A stretch of 64,000 bases of DNA from an uncultured bacterium (GCA_963844835.1 CAWJPT010000017.1:11433-75432); one strand, 5' to 3'; positions 10,481-22,663 are shown, numbered from the stretch's first letter. The notes: generated from the letters alone by a model not told the origin. Program-made: numbers and translations.

Positions 10481-10660
10481 TTACGGCGCCAGCTCGGTGG
10501 CGACCGAGTCGAAGTTGCTGGAAACCTGGGTGCCGACCGCGGTGATGGCGATCAGGGCCACGATGGCGATCAGGGCTACGAGCAGTGCGTACTCGACGAG
10601 CGAGGCGCCCTCTTCGTCATTCATGAAACGGTTCTGGAATGCGGTCCACAGACGGAGCAT
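10481..10660 (-). CDS. flp: Flp-family type IVb pilin, copy 2 (59 aa, just under the ORF-track cutoff)
   Basis: My translation of the minus strand: MLRLWTAFQNRFMNDEEGASLVEYALLVALIAIVALIAITAVGTQVSSNFDSVATELAP*. The mature part differs from copy 1 by one residue. AAGGAGGAAG lies upstream of the ATG. Confidence 0.85.
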   Translation of the reverse strand: MLRLWTAFQNRFMNDEEGASLVEYALLVALIAIVALIAITAVGTQVSSNFDSVATELAP

Positions 10661-10757
10661 TTCTTTCTTCCTCCTTGGCAGGGTGATCCTCTCGATTTAT
10701 CGGCAAGGGTGTTGTGACCTTGATAGGTCGATCGGCCTATATGGATCGGGGTGGCTC

Positions 10758-11387
10758 TCAGCGATGAATGCCGAGTCGGATCGCCTCGACCACGGCCTGG
10801 GCTCGGTCGGTGATCGCCAGCTTCTCGTAGATGCTGGCGAGATGGTTCTTGACCGTCTTCTGGGAGATGAAGAGCTGATCGGCCAGGTCCTCGGTGCTGC
10901 TGACCCCGGAGGCAAGCATCTTGAGCAGCTCGCGTTCTCGCGCCGTCAACGCGGCGGCTCCCTCATCGAGGATCGGCTGGCGATGTTGATCGAGGATCGC
11001 CGGCGTCTGGGACTCATCCATGATCAGTGACCCTGCTGCGACGGCCCTGATCGCGGCGGCGAGATCGGGTAGCGGTGAGGATTTGGAGAGGAACCCTCTG
11101 GCGCCTGCGGCCTCTGCCTTCTTTCGCTGCGTCTCGTCGGCATGCATAGTCACCACGATTGCCGGTGGTCCCCCTTCGAGCTTGCGCAGAGCCCCGATAC
11201 CGCTGAGCCTGGGCATCTCGATGTCGACCAGAATGACGTCGGGAGTTGATCTCTCCAGCTCGTCGAGCAGCTCACGTCCGTCGGCGACGCTCGCGATCAC
11301 CTCGATGTCGGGGATGCTGTCGAGGGCCTGCGAGAGGCCCTCTCTCATCATGGTGTGGTCGTCGGCGATGACGATCTTGATACTCAT
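10758..11387 (-). CDS. NarL/LuxR-family response regulator
   Basis: MSIKIVIADDHTMMREGL.., DVILVDIEMPRLSG (receiver domain). C-terminal LuxR HTH LTARERELLKMLASGVSSTEDLADQLFISQKTVKNHLASIYEKL. The ATG at 11387 is 1 nt from the kinase stop. Confidence 0.9.
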   Translation of the reverse strand: MSIKIVIADDHTMMREGLSQALDSIPDIEVIASVADGRELLDELERSTPDVILVDIEMPRLSGIGALRKLEGGPPAIVVTMHADETQRKKAEAAGARGFLSKSSPLPDLAAAIRAVAAGSLIMDESQTPAILDQHRQPILDEGAAALTARERELLKMLASGVSSTEDLADQLFISQKTVKNHLASIYEKLAITDRAQAVVEAIRLGIHR

Positions 11388-11388
11388 G

Positions 11389-12900
11389 TCACTCCGCCTC
11401 CCATGTGATCGTAACGCGACTACCTCGCACAGGGTCGGAATCGATGGAGAGAGCACCGCCGATCTGACGGGCACGTTCCCTCATCCCGAGCACGCCGTAG
11501 TGCCCGGTGGGTAGCTCATCCGGGTCGAATCCCGAGCCATTGTCCGTGATCGTGATGCTGCCCCGATCACGGTCCACGTCGCCTTCGATCGAGAGGCTGG
11601 TGGCTCCGGAGTGCTCGATGGCGTTGCGCACGGCCTCGGTGAGGATGGCGCGGAGCTCGACTGCGACGGCGGGTCGGGGTGGTCGATTCTCCTGAATCGA
11701 GATCGTGATCTCGGGGCCGGAGCCTGCCTCGGAGGCGACGATCTCGTGGGCCTGCTCGACGATGGAGGCCACGTTGTCATGGCGAAGATCACGCACTGTT
11801 GTGCGTACCTCCTCGACGAGGGAGGTCACCGCCTCCCTGGTGCCCTCGAGATGGCGAACCAGATCGGCATCGTCTGTTGCCTGGTAGATGAGCATGTCGA
11901 GGCGTAATCCCAGTGAGGCGAGTCCCGGCCCGATGTTGTCATGCAACTCACGGGCAAGGCGAACCCGTTCCTCGTAAACCGTCCTGTGGGCGATTCGTTG
12001 CACGATAGCGACGTTGTCGAATGCCAAGCCGAGCTGGCTGACGATCGGTTGAATTGCCGGGAGGTGGTCATGCAGGTCGTAGTCGGGGTCCGGCCACAAC
12101 TCCATGACGCCGAGCTGCTCGCCGCGCATCTCTATGACGAAACGCTGTGGCTCCCTGGATGGATCGGCATCGCCACGGGCGGCGACTACCACGGCATCGC
12201 CGTCCTCACGGAGCAGGCTCACACGTCCCGCCTGGAACGGCACGGTTGCGGCCAAGTCGCGCAACGCAACGGTCCCGATCGTCACCGGGTTGAGCTCCTG
12301 GGTGTTGGCGAGCTCGGAGAGGCTGGTGAGGAGCGTGTGTGCGCTCTGGATCCGCTCGACCCGGGCGGTGGCCGCCTGCAGCTCGACGTTTCGCTCTTGG
12401 GTCTCTGTGAGCAGCCGGCGGACCTGGGTGAATGTGATGACGATGAGAATGTAGAGAAAGGCGGAGCGCAGCGTCGACGGATCCAAGAGCGGCTGATCGA
12501 AGGCTCGGGCGATCACAAACAAGCCGACCACGGCTAGAGCCCCGGTCTCGTATGCGATCCTGGTGCTCAGGAAGCTCGCGGCGAATAGCGGCACGCCAGC
12601 CAAGTAGATGACGTAGATGGAATCGCCGCCACCTGTGAGTGCCAGCGATACCAGCGAGACGACGACACCGATCACAGCCAGGAGCTCACCCCACTGCTCC
12701 GAGTTGCGCCGCCGGTTGGGGACGACCTGCATCGTGACGACCCACGCACCTGCGAGCAACGCAGAAATCCCGACCGAGGCCGTCACCCCATATACGACGG
12801 CAGTAACGATCACCGAGAGGGTCAGCGACGCCCACAAGACGGCACTCAAGAGCCAGTCGAGCCTCTGTTCCCACGGATCGCGCGCGGTGAGCATCGCCAC
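11389..12900 (-). CDS. sensor histidine kinase (HisKA_3/NarX-DesK type) with multi-TM N-terminus and a GAF-like middle region
   Basis: H-box RLARELHDNIGPGLASL. HATPase_c region ITITDNGSGFDP..GHYGVLGMRERARQIGGALSIDS. About 5 N-terminal TM helices. Confidence 0.88.
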   Translation of the reverse strand: MAMLTARDPWEQRLDWLLSAVLWASLTLSVIVTAVVYGVTASVGISALLAGAWVVTMQVVPNRRRNSEQWGELLAVIGVVVSLVSLALTGGGDSIYVIYLAGVPLFAASFLSTRIAYETGALAVVGLFVIARAFDQPLLDPSTLRSAFLYILIVITFTQVRRLLTETQERNVELQAATARVERIQSAHTLLTSLSELANTQELNPVTIGTVALRDLAATVPFQAGRVSLLREDGDAVVVAARGDADPSREPQRFVIEMRGEQLGVMELWPDPDYDLHDHLPAIQPIVSQLGLAFDNVAIVQRIAHRTVYEERVRLARELHDNIGPGLASLGLRLDMLIYQATDDADLVRHLEGTREAVTSLVEEVRTTVRDLRHDNVASIVEQAHEIVASEAGSGPEITISIQENRPPRPAVAVELRAILTEAVRNAIEHSGATSLSIEGDVDRDRGSITITDNGSGFDPDELPTGHYGVLGMRERARQIGGALSIDSDPVRGSRVTITWEAE

Positions 12901-12917
12901 AGGGTACAGTCAAGGAG

Positions 12918-13536
12918 GTGACTGGCGTTGACAATGTCTCGCATCCGCTCCGGGTGATCGTGACCGGCGGGATCGGCAGTGGGAAGTCCACCGTGCTGCG
13001 CGTTCTCCAAGACCTGGGTGCCGTGATCATCGAGGCAGATCGGATCGGCCGTGAGATCCTCGAGCCGGGTGGAGCGGCCTTCGCCGCGGTAGCGGCCCGG
13101 TGGCCCGAGGTGGTTGCCGATGGCGTTATCGACCGGGCAAAGCTAGCCGCAATCACCTTCGCTGACCCTGGCCAGCTCGAAGAATTGGAGTCGATCTCGC
13201 ACCCCCTGATCGCGGCGGAGATCGCCAAGAGAGTGGCAGCAGCCGGGGACAGGGATGTGGTACGTGGAGGTCCCGCTGCTGTCGGATATCGCCGGGCTCG
13301 GTTGGTACCGGATCGTGATCGATGCGCCGCAGGTGATCCGCGTGCAGCGAGCGATCGATCGTGGCCTGGATCCTGACGATGTGGTCCGCCGCATGGAGGC
13401 GCAGCCTTCCCGGAGGGAGTGGCTGGCAGCAGCAGATGCAGTGATCGAGAATCGGGGAACGATTGCAGAACTGGCGCAGCGGGTGAGTGAGCTGTGGTTG
13501 CGTCTGCAGGCGGCCCGCCGGCGACACGAGGCGTAG
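12918..13536 (+). CDS. coaE: dephospho-CoA kinase (frame break near 13260; exact start uncertain)
   Basis: P-loop VTGGIGSGKSTV. ..GDRDV|YVEVPLL.. joins frame 0 to frame 1. C-terminal part ..RVQRAIDRGLDPDDVVRRMEAQ.. The AAGGAGG directly abuts GTG 12918, so the true start may be an internal GTG. Confidence 0.85.
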
Positions 13537-13540
13537 CTTC

Positions 13541-13563
13541 TTGTCACAGTGGCCGAGTACGCT
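13541..13563 (+). promoter_or_regulatory. RecA-NDp / PafBC-type DNA-damage promoter motif upstream of uvrB (TTGTCAcag-N8-TACGCT)
   Basis: TGTC at 13542-13545, exactly 12 nt, then TACGCT (TAnnnT) at 13558-13563. The hexamer ends 6 nt before ATG 13570, which implies a leaderless transcript. Confidence 0.55.
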
Positions 13564-13569
13564 GGCGCG

Positions 13570-15583
13570 ATGCGTCCCTTCAAGGTTCATAGTGATTTTT
13601 CGCCGGCCGGAGACCAGCCTGAGGCAATCGCCAAGCTGGCGGAGGGCATCGAGCGTGGCGACCGATTCCAGACCTTGCTGGGGATCACCGGCTCGGGCAA
13701 GTCGGCGACGATCGCCTGGTTGATCGAACAGGTGCAGCGCCCGACGCTCATCCTGGCGCCCAACAAGGCCCTTGCCGCCCAATTGGCAAACGAGTTCCGG
13801 GAGTTCTTCCCCGAGAACCGGGTCGAGTACTTCGTCAGCTACTACGACTACTACCAGCCGGAGGCGTACATCGCTCAGACCGACACCTACATCGAGAAGG
13901 AGTCGACGATGAACGATGAGATCGACCGGCTCCGCCACTCAGCCACGGCAGCCCTGCTCACCAGGGAAGACGTGGTCATCGTTGCTTCCGTGTCGGCGAT
14001 CTACGGTCTCGGGTCTCCCGAGCAATACGAGGGCCGTCTGCTGCAGGATGATCCGGGGCGTCGAGTACCCGCTCCAGGATGCGGTGCGGCGGCTGGTCGA
14101 TATCCAATACGAGCGCAACGAAGTCAATCTGGTGCGTGGGAAGTTCCGGCTCAAGGGCGATACTCTCGAGGTGTTCCCCGCCTACGAGGAGACGATCTAC
14201 CGCATCGAGTACTTCGGCGACGAGATCGACAGGATATTGAGGATGAACCCCGTGACCGGGGAGATCCTCGAGGAGATGCGAGAAGTGATGGTTTACCCGG
14301 CGACCCACTACGTGGCCGGGCAGGAGAGGATGCTCCGGGCCGTCGCCGACATCGAGGTCGAGTTGCACGAGAGGCTCCAGGAGCTCGAGAAGCACAACAA
14401 GCTCCTCGAGGCGCAGCGGCTACGGATGCGCACCTCCTACGACATGGAGATGATGCGTGAGATCGGTACCTGCGCCGGCATCGAGAACTACTCGCGCCAT
14501 CTCGATGGGCGTGAGGCGGGGAGCCCTCCCTACACGCTCCTCGACTACTTCCCGGACGACTACCTCACGATCATCGACGAGAGCCACGTCACCGTTCCTC
14601 AGATCCACGGCCAGTATGCGGGTGACCGGAGCCGCAAGGAGGTCCTCGTAGAGCACGGCTTCCGGCTGCCTTCTGCGATGGACAACAGGCCGATCACATT
14701 CGAGGAATGGTACGAGCGGACCAATCAGTGTGTTCTGCTGTCTGCCACACCGAGCCGGTGGGAGTTGGAGAACTCGACGCAGGTGGTTGAACAGGTGATC
14801 CGGCCCACGGGTCTCGTCGATCCCGAGGTGATCGTCAGGCCGACCAAGGGTCAGATCGACGATCTCATCGAGGAGATCCAGCTTCGGGCGGAGCGGGATC
14901 AGAGAGTTCTGGTGACCACACTCACCAAGAAGATGTCCGAGGATCTCACGGACTACCTGCTCGAGCTCGGTGTCAAGGCGCGCTATCTCCACTCCGACAT
15001 CGACACTCTGGAGAGGGTGCAGATCCTCAGCGAGCTCCGGCTCGGTGAGTACGACGTTCTCGTTGGGGTGAACCTGCTCCGGGAGGGTCTCGACCTCCCC
15101 GAAGTCACCCTGGTGGCCATTCTCGATGCCGACAAGGAAGGGTTCCTCCGATCACAGACTTCGCTGGTGCAGACCATCGGACGTGCGGCCCGGAACGTAG
15201 AGGGGCAGGTGATCATGTACGCAGATTCGGTCACCGATTCGATGCAGTGGGCGATCAGCGAAACCAATCGTAGGCGTCACCTCCAGATGGAGTTCAACGA
15301 GGCGCACGGCATCGACCCCCAGACCATCAGGAAGAAGGTCAGCGACATCCTGGCGCTGGTGCAGAGCTCTGATTCTCCGTCGTCCGACCGGCGAGTGCGA
15401 GAGAACAGGGAGCGCAAGCCTCTCGATCTGGGAACATCCGATCTTCGCAGGCTCATCCAGAGCCTCGAGGAGGAGATGCACGAAGCCGCGACGGAGTTGC
15501 GCTTCGAGTATGCAGCCAGGCTTCGTGACGAAGTGTTGGAGTTGAAGAAAGAGCTGCGGGAAGTGTCGGAGGCCGCTCGCTAG
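13570..15583 (+). CDS. uvrB: excinuclease ABC subunit B (frame break near 14044)
   Basis: [17 protein letters not shown], Walker [13 protein letters not shown], beta-hairpin [10 protein letters not shown]. ..GRLL|[25 protein letters not shown] joins frame 1 to 2. C-terminal UVR motif [11 protein letters not shown]. The ORF track offers GTG 13549, but the promoter motif overlaps it. Confidence 0.95.
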
Positions 15584-15619
15584 AGGTGTGTTGAGGGCGC
15601 ACGCGGTATCGTCTCCCCG

Positions 15620-16813
15620 GTGAGCTCGAGCAACGACCCTACTGCGACCTGGCGACTTCGCGTCTACCCGCTCGCAGTCCTCGCGACACTCGGGATCGTG
15701 TTGCTCGTTGCCACCGTCCGCTACGACGTTGGTGATCCCGACACGCGTCTCGGCGGCGACTATCCGTCGTTCTATGCGGCGGGCTCGATTGTTGCGAGTG
15801 GAGCTTCCGATGAGCTGTACAGCCCGGAGCGTCAGCAGGCGGAGCAGGCGGGTCTCATCGACGACGAGGGCGGATATCTCTATTTCTCTTACCCACCGTT
15901 TGTCGCAGGCGCGTATGCGCTGCTGGCACTGCTCGGGTACCAGTGGTCCTTTCTGCTGCACACCCTGCTCATGACCGGTGCTCTCGCCGGTGCCATTTGG
16001 GCGTTGCGGCCATGGCTGAAGGGGACGGGGCTGCCGTTTGCAGCGCTGCTGGTCGTCGCTCTGGCCTTTCAGCCCGTGCTCACGGCCGTGGTAGGCGGGC
16101 AGAACACCATGCTCAGCCTTCTGCTGTTTGCGCTGGCGGCCCGCTTCGATCACGAGGATCGCCCGTTCGCCGCAGGATTGGCCGCAGCGGTCCTTCTCTT
16201 CAAGCCGCAGTTCGGGATCGTCGTGCTCCCTCTGCTGGTGGTGGGGAGACGCTGGCGAATGCTCGGAGGGTGGGCAGTGGGGGCCCTTGCTCTCTTTGCG
16301 GCATCGACTTTGGTGATGGGGGGAAACTGGCTGAGCTACTGGTGGGAGCAGGCAGGTGCCTTCCGCGACTTGAACGCGTCGGCAAACGGCGCGAACTTCA
16401 TATCCGTACCGGGATTCCTCGAGAATCTCCTCGGGACAGGGTCACGCGGCGCCTTCCTGCTCGGGTATGGGCTCGCCGCCGCGATCGGTGCGGTGGTGGC
16501 ATGGGAATGGTGGCGGCGCGCCCGACCATCGAACGCTCTCTGGCGCTGGGCATTGGCAGGCGGTGCTGCAATGTTGGCAGCGCCACAAACGCTCTTCTAC
16601 GACGCCGGGCTCCTGTTGCTCGTGCTCGTGGCCATCCTCCCCAAGCTATCGCACCCAGGTGCAGTTGTTGCCGCTGTTGTGCTGGTGTCGTGGCTACAGG
16701 CGCTGGGATCCGGCTTGGGGTGGTCGCCACTGGGCCCGCTCGGGTTCACTGCCTTCCTGGCAGTCGTGATCTGGCGGACAAGGTCTGCCGGGGTTGCCGC
16801 CGGCGCCTCTTGA
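15620..16813 (+). CDS. GT87/DUF2029-like polyprenol-phosphate-mannose-dependent mannosyltransferase (integral membrane)
   Basis: GDYPSFYAAGSIVASG and YFSYPPFVAGAYALLALL near the N-terminus, about 10 TM helices. Its position between uvrB and uvrA matches the mycobacterial Rv1635c neighbourhood (from memory). Confidence 0.7.
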   Translation: MSSSNDPTATWRLRVYPLAVLATLGIVLLVATVRYDVGDPDTRLGGDYPSFYAAGSIVASGASDELYSPERQQAEQAGLIDDEGGYLYFSYPPFVAGAYALLALLGYQWSFLLHTLLMTGALAGAIWALRPWLKGTGLPFAALLVVALAFQPVLTAVVGGQNTMLSLLLFALAARFDHEDRPFAAGLAAAVLLFKPQFGIVVLPLLVVGRRWRMLGGWAVGALALFAASTLVMGGNWLSYWWEQAGAFRDLNASANGANFISVPGFLENLLGTGSRGAFLLGYGLAAAIGAVVAWEWWRRARPSNALWRWALAGGAAMLAAPQTLFYDAGLLLLVLVAILPKLSHPGAVVAAVVLVSWLQALGSGLGWSPLGPLGFTAFLAVVIWRTRSAGVAAGAS

Positions 16814-16852
16814 TGGGAGCAGGCTGATCCGAGCGCAGGCCGCCCGCCGTTC

Positions 16853-16875
16853 TTGTCATACCCCCTAACTACAAT
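16853..16875 (+). promoter_or_regulatory. RecA-NDp / PafBC-type DNA-damage promoter motif upstream of uvrA (TTGTCAtac-N8-TACAAT)
   Basis: TGTC at 16854-16857, exactly 12 nt (ataccccctaac), then TACAAT at 16870-16875. It lies 41 nt upstream of GTG 16917. Confidence 0.55.
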
Positions 16876-16916
16876 CGCCGCGCGACGGCAATCTGACGCC
16901 AGAGGACGGCAAACGG

Positions 16917-19742
<2,826 letters not shown>

Positions 19743-19751
19743 GGGCTCGTC

Positions 19752-20462
19752 TTGGAGCACCACAACGACAACGAATGGAATCACCACGCCGAGTGGTGGC
19801 TGACGCAAGTCGAGGACGACCCCATCTACCGGTCCGACGTCATCCCGCTGGTGGCGCGGATGCTGGCGGGAGTCTCGGGGACGATGCTTGATCTCGGCTG
19901 CGGAGAAGGCCAGGTGATGGCGCTCTTTCCCGGTCGTGTCATCGGATGTGACATATCGGGCCGCCTGCTCCGTCGTGCGGCGCGGCGTGGGCCCGTGGTG
20001 CGTGCCGAGCTTCCCGATCTCGGCTGGCTGCGATCGGGCGCGGTCGATGCGGCATATCTGGTGCTCGTGATCGAGCATCTGAGCGACCTGGAGATTCTGG
20101 CAACGGCATCACGAGTGGTGCGACCGGGCGGCAACCTCGTGCTTGTGATGAATCACCCGGCGTTCACGGCCGCAGGGTCGGGACCGATCCTCGATCAGAC
20201 CGACGGAGAGATCTTGTGGCGATGGGGCGAATACTTCGAAGTAGGCACGACCCAGATGGCGGCTGCCGGCGTCGATGTGATCTTTCATCACCGCCCGCTC
20301 GCCACCATCCTCAACACGGCGGCGGCCGCGGGCTGGAAACTGGACGAGCTGGTGGAGACGGGTTTCAGCGAGGCCGCGTTAGCAGCCGAACCTGGATATG
20401 TTGGTCAGGAGCAAATGCCGCGACTACTTGGAGCGCGCTGGGTGAACACTCAAGGTAGTTGA
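19752..20462 (+). CDS. class I SAM-dependent methyltransferase
   Basis: Motif I MLDLGCGEGQV, post-I GCDIS, motif II-like AAYLVLVIEHL, VVRPGGNLVLV. TTG start 10 nt after the uvrA stop. Confidence 0.75.
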   Translation: MEHHNDNEWNHHAEWWLTQVEDDPIYRSDVIPLVARMLAGVSGTMLDLGCGEGQVMALFPGRVIGCDISGRLLRRAARRGPVVRAELPDLGWLRSGAVDAAYLVLVIEHLSDLEILATASRVVRPGGNLVLVMNHPAFTAAGSGPILDQTDGEILWRWGEYFEVGTTQMAAAGVDVIFHHRPLATILNTAAAAGWKLDELVETGFSEAALAAEPGYVGQEQMPRLLGARWVNTQGS

Positions 20463-20500
20463 GGTGTCGGCCGATACATGCATTTGACCAAGGAGGACAC

Positions 20501-20749
20501 ATGGACGGTTTCTACGTCGCCTACGAATATGGGAGTGGTGCGGCCTGGGCATTCGTGAAGGCCGACACGGCAGCCGATGTTGTCGCCGAGTGGCCTGAGG
20601 TCGAGGTCTACGAGACACCGCCGGAGTGGATGACAGTCGAGGATCTCCATCAAGTCAGGCGCCATGCAGTTGTCGACATCAAGACCGCGTCGGGCGTCGA
20701 CGAGATTCTCGAAGCAAGTCGCCGTCTCGGCATGGCTGTTGCCTCTTAG
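20501..20749 (+). CDS. small hypothetical protein (82 aa)
   Basis: ATG 20501 preceded by AAGGAGG (20490-20496). MDGFYVAYEYGSGAAWAFVKADTAADVVAEWPEVEVYETPPEWMTVEDL.. I recognise no family. Confidence 0.55.
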   Translation: MDGFYVAYEYGSGAAWAFVKADTAADVVAEWPEVEVYETPPEWMTVEDLHQVRRHAVVDIKTASGVDEILEASRRLGMAVAS

Positions 20750-20828
20750 CTGACTCCCCTCGGGATCACCGCACCGATCGGCATGAACCGTGCGCGGCAG
20801 CGCACAGAGTCTGTCGTAGCATCGGTGT

Positions 20829-22661
20829 ATGCAGCGACCTCCCGCATCGTCCATTCCCGACGGCCCCGGTGTTTACCTCTTCAAGGGTCCCGACGGGCGT
20901 GTGCTCTACATTGGCAAGGCGAAATCGCTCCGCAAGCGTCTCGCCAACTACTTCGGCGCCGATTTGCCGGCGCGTACCGAGCGGATGGTCTCCTCGGCAC
21001 AGTCCATCGACTGGATAGTCACCGACACCGAGGTGGATGCGCTCATGCTCGAGTACACGCTCGTCCAGAAGCATCAGCCACGATTCAACATCAAGCTGCG
21101 TGACGACAAGAGCTTTCCCTACCTGGCGCTCACTCTCTATCAGGATTGGCCCCGAGTGATGGTGATGCGAGGCAAGCGTCGCAAAGGGGTCCAGTACTTT
21201 GGACCGTATGCCCATGCCTATGCCATCAGGCAGACACGTGACCTGTTGTTGCGAACGTTCCCGATCAGATCGTGCACAGACACCAAATTCAAGAGCCACC
21301 AATCGCTGGGGCGTCCCTGTCTCCTCTATCACATCGAGCGTTGCTCAGGCCCATGTGTCGGTGAAGTCACCGCCGAGCAGTATCAGGAGTATTTGGAGGG
21401 GATGGCCGCGTTTCTCGACGGTGACCGGAAGGACTTGATCTCGCAGCTCCGGGGCGAGATGCACGACGCCGCCTCCCGACTCGAATACGAGCACGCCGCC
21501 CGGTTGCGAGATCAGATTGGCTCTGTCGAAAAGGCCCTGCAGAGACAGGAGCTGGTCTCGAATCGCCCCGAGACCTTTGACCTCATCGCCGTCGAAGATG
21601 ACGAGCTGGAGGCGGCCGTCGTTGTGCTCAACGTCACCAGAGGGCGGCTCACGGGTCGGAGGACCAGCATCATCGACAAGGTTGAAGATGTGACCAGCGC
21701 CGGGCTCATCGAGATCGTGCTGCGCCAGCAATATGGTGGGGAGACTCCTCCGAGCCTGATAGCCGTGCCGGAGGCGCCGGACGACGCCGAGCTGTGGCAG
21801 GACTGGTTGAGCAGGCTTCGCGGGTCAAACGTGGAGCTGCGGGTCCCGCAGCGAGGCTCGAAGCGCCGGCTGCTCGACACGGCGCATGCCAACGCCCGTG
21901 AGGAATTCGCCCGGCACCGGATGAGACGGGCCTCTGATCACAATGCCAGAGCGAAGGCGCTGCGTAGCCTCCAGCAGCATCTCGGCATGGACGACGCCCC
22001 GTTGCGCATCGAGTGCTACGACATATCGACGATTCAGGGAACGAGCACGGTTGCCTCGATGGTGGTCTTCGAAGATGGGCTCCCCAAGAAGTCCGAGTAC
22101 CGCAAGTTCAAGATCAAGACGCTGAGTGGGCAAGATGATTTTGCCGCCATGGAAGAGGTCCTGCGGCGCCGATTCGGCGCATATCTGGCGGACCTGGATC
22201 GTCCCGTCGAAGACCGAGGGAAGTTTGCCTATCCACCGTCTCTGGTCATCATCGACGGTGGGGCAGGGCAGCTCGGCCGAGCGGTAAAGGTGCTCGATGA
22301 GTTCGGGTTGGACATCCCGGTTGCCGGTCTGGCGAAGCGGCTCGAGGAGGTGTATCTGCCCGGGGGAGAGACCCCGTTGCTGATCCCGCGTGGCGAGGAA
22401 GCTCTCTATCTGCTCCAGAGCGTACGTGACGAGGCCCATCGGTTCGCCATCACGTACCATCGCAAGCTGAGGAGCAAACGTATGGTTGACTCAGTGCTGG
22501 ATTCCGTGCCCGGGATCGGGCCGAGAAGGAAGAAGGACCTGCTGCGCCATTTCGGCTCGCTGAAACGGCTGCGCGGTGCCTCGGTGGAAGAAATCGCCGA
22601 AGTCGTCCCAAATCCGGTCGCTGAGGAGTTGGCGGCCGCGCTAGAAGGAAGAGGGAGCTGA
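20829..22661 (+). CDS. uvrC: excinuclease ABC subunit C
   Basis: [34 protein letters not shown] motif [14 protein letters not shown]-terminal Hh[23 protein letters not shown]. 610 aa, intact. Confidence 0.96.
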   Translation: MQRPPASSIPDGPGVYLFKGPDGRVLYIGKAKSLRKRLANYFGADLPARTERMVSSAQSIDWIVTDTEVDALMLEYTLVQKHQPRFNIKLRDDKSFPYLALTLYQDWPRVMVMRGKRRKGVQYFGPYAHAYAIRQTRDLLLRTFPIRSCTDTKFKSHQSLGRPCLLYHIERCSGPCVGEVTAEQYQEYLEGMAAFLDGDRKDLISQLRGEMHDAASRLEYEHAARLRDQIGSVEKALQRQELVSNRPETFDLIAVEDDELEAAVVVLNVTRGRLTGRRTSIIDKVEDVTSAGLIEIVLRQQYGGETPPSLIAVPEAPDDAELWQDWLSRLRGSNVELRVPQRGSKRRLLDTAHANAREEFARHRMRRASDHNARAKALRSLQQHLGMDDAPLRIECYDISTIQGTSTVASMVVFEDGLPKKSEYRKFKIKTLSGQDDFAAMEEVLRRRFGAYLADLDRPVEDRGKFAYPPSLVIIDGGAGQLGRAVKVLDEFGLDIPVAGLAKRLEEVYLPGGETPLLIPRGEEALYLLQSVRDEAHRFAITYHRKLRSKRMVDSVLDSVPGIGPRRKKDLLRHFGSLKRLRGASVEEIAEVVPNPVAEELAAALEGRGS

Positions 22662-22663
22662 GA

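Larger units (their letters stand above)
10031..10690. repeat. tandem duplication (period about 378 bp) of a ~280-bp flp cassette (terminator + CDS + ribosome-binding site)
   Basis: cggatagcgcaaagaaga..ggtacttgtcggttgttggtcttgtg.gttacggcg.. through ..cctccttggcag recurs at about 10034-10310 and about 10412-10688, with only scattered substitutions. Confidence 0.85.

Noticed and set aside
15152-16153. Long antisense ORFs in the track. Examples: 15152-16153 (-) 333 aa, 17346-18620 (-) 424 aa, 38692-40182 (-) 496 aa, 31060-31875 (-) 271 aa, 52205-52993 (-) 262 aa, 15943-16827 (+) 294 aa.
   Set aside because: All lie opposite or out of frame to genes with unambiguous conserved motifs (uvrB/GT87, uvrA, VanW protein, binding protein, pafA). 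They are Arg/Pro/Gly/Ala-rich with no motifs. This is the usual stop-codon-poor shadow frame of GC-rich DNA.
20812-20834. Possible third RecA-NDp motif upstream of uvrC (TGTC at 20812-20815, N12, TATGCA).
   Set aside because: The hexamer ends in A and not T, and it overlaps the uvrC ATG itself, so it cannot serve as a -10 for this gene. The adjacent TAGCAT hexamer fits a leaderless start but has no TGTC at the required distance.
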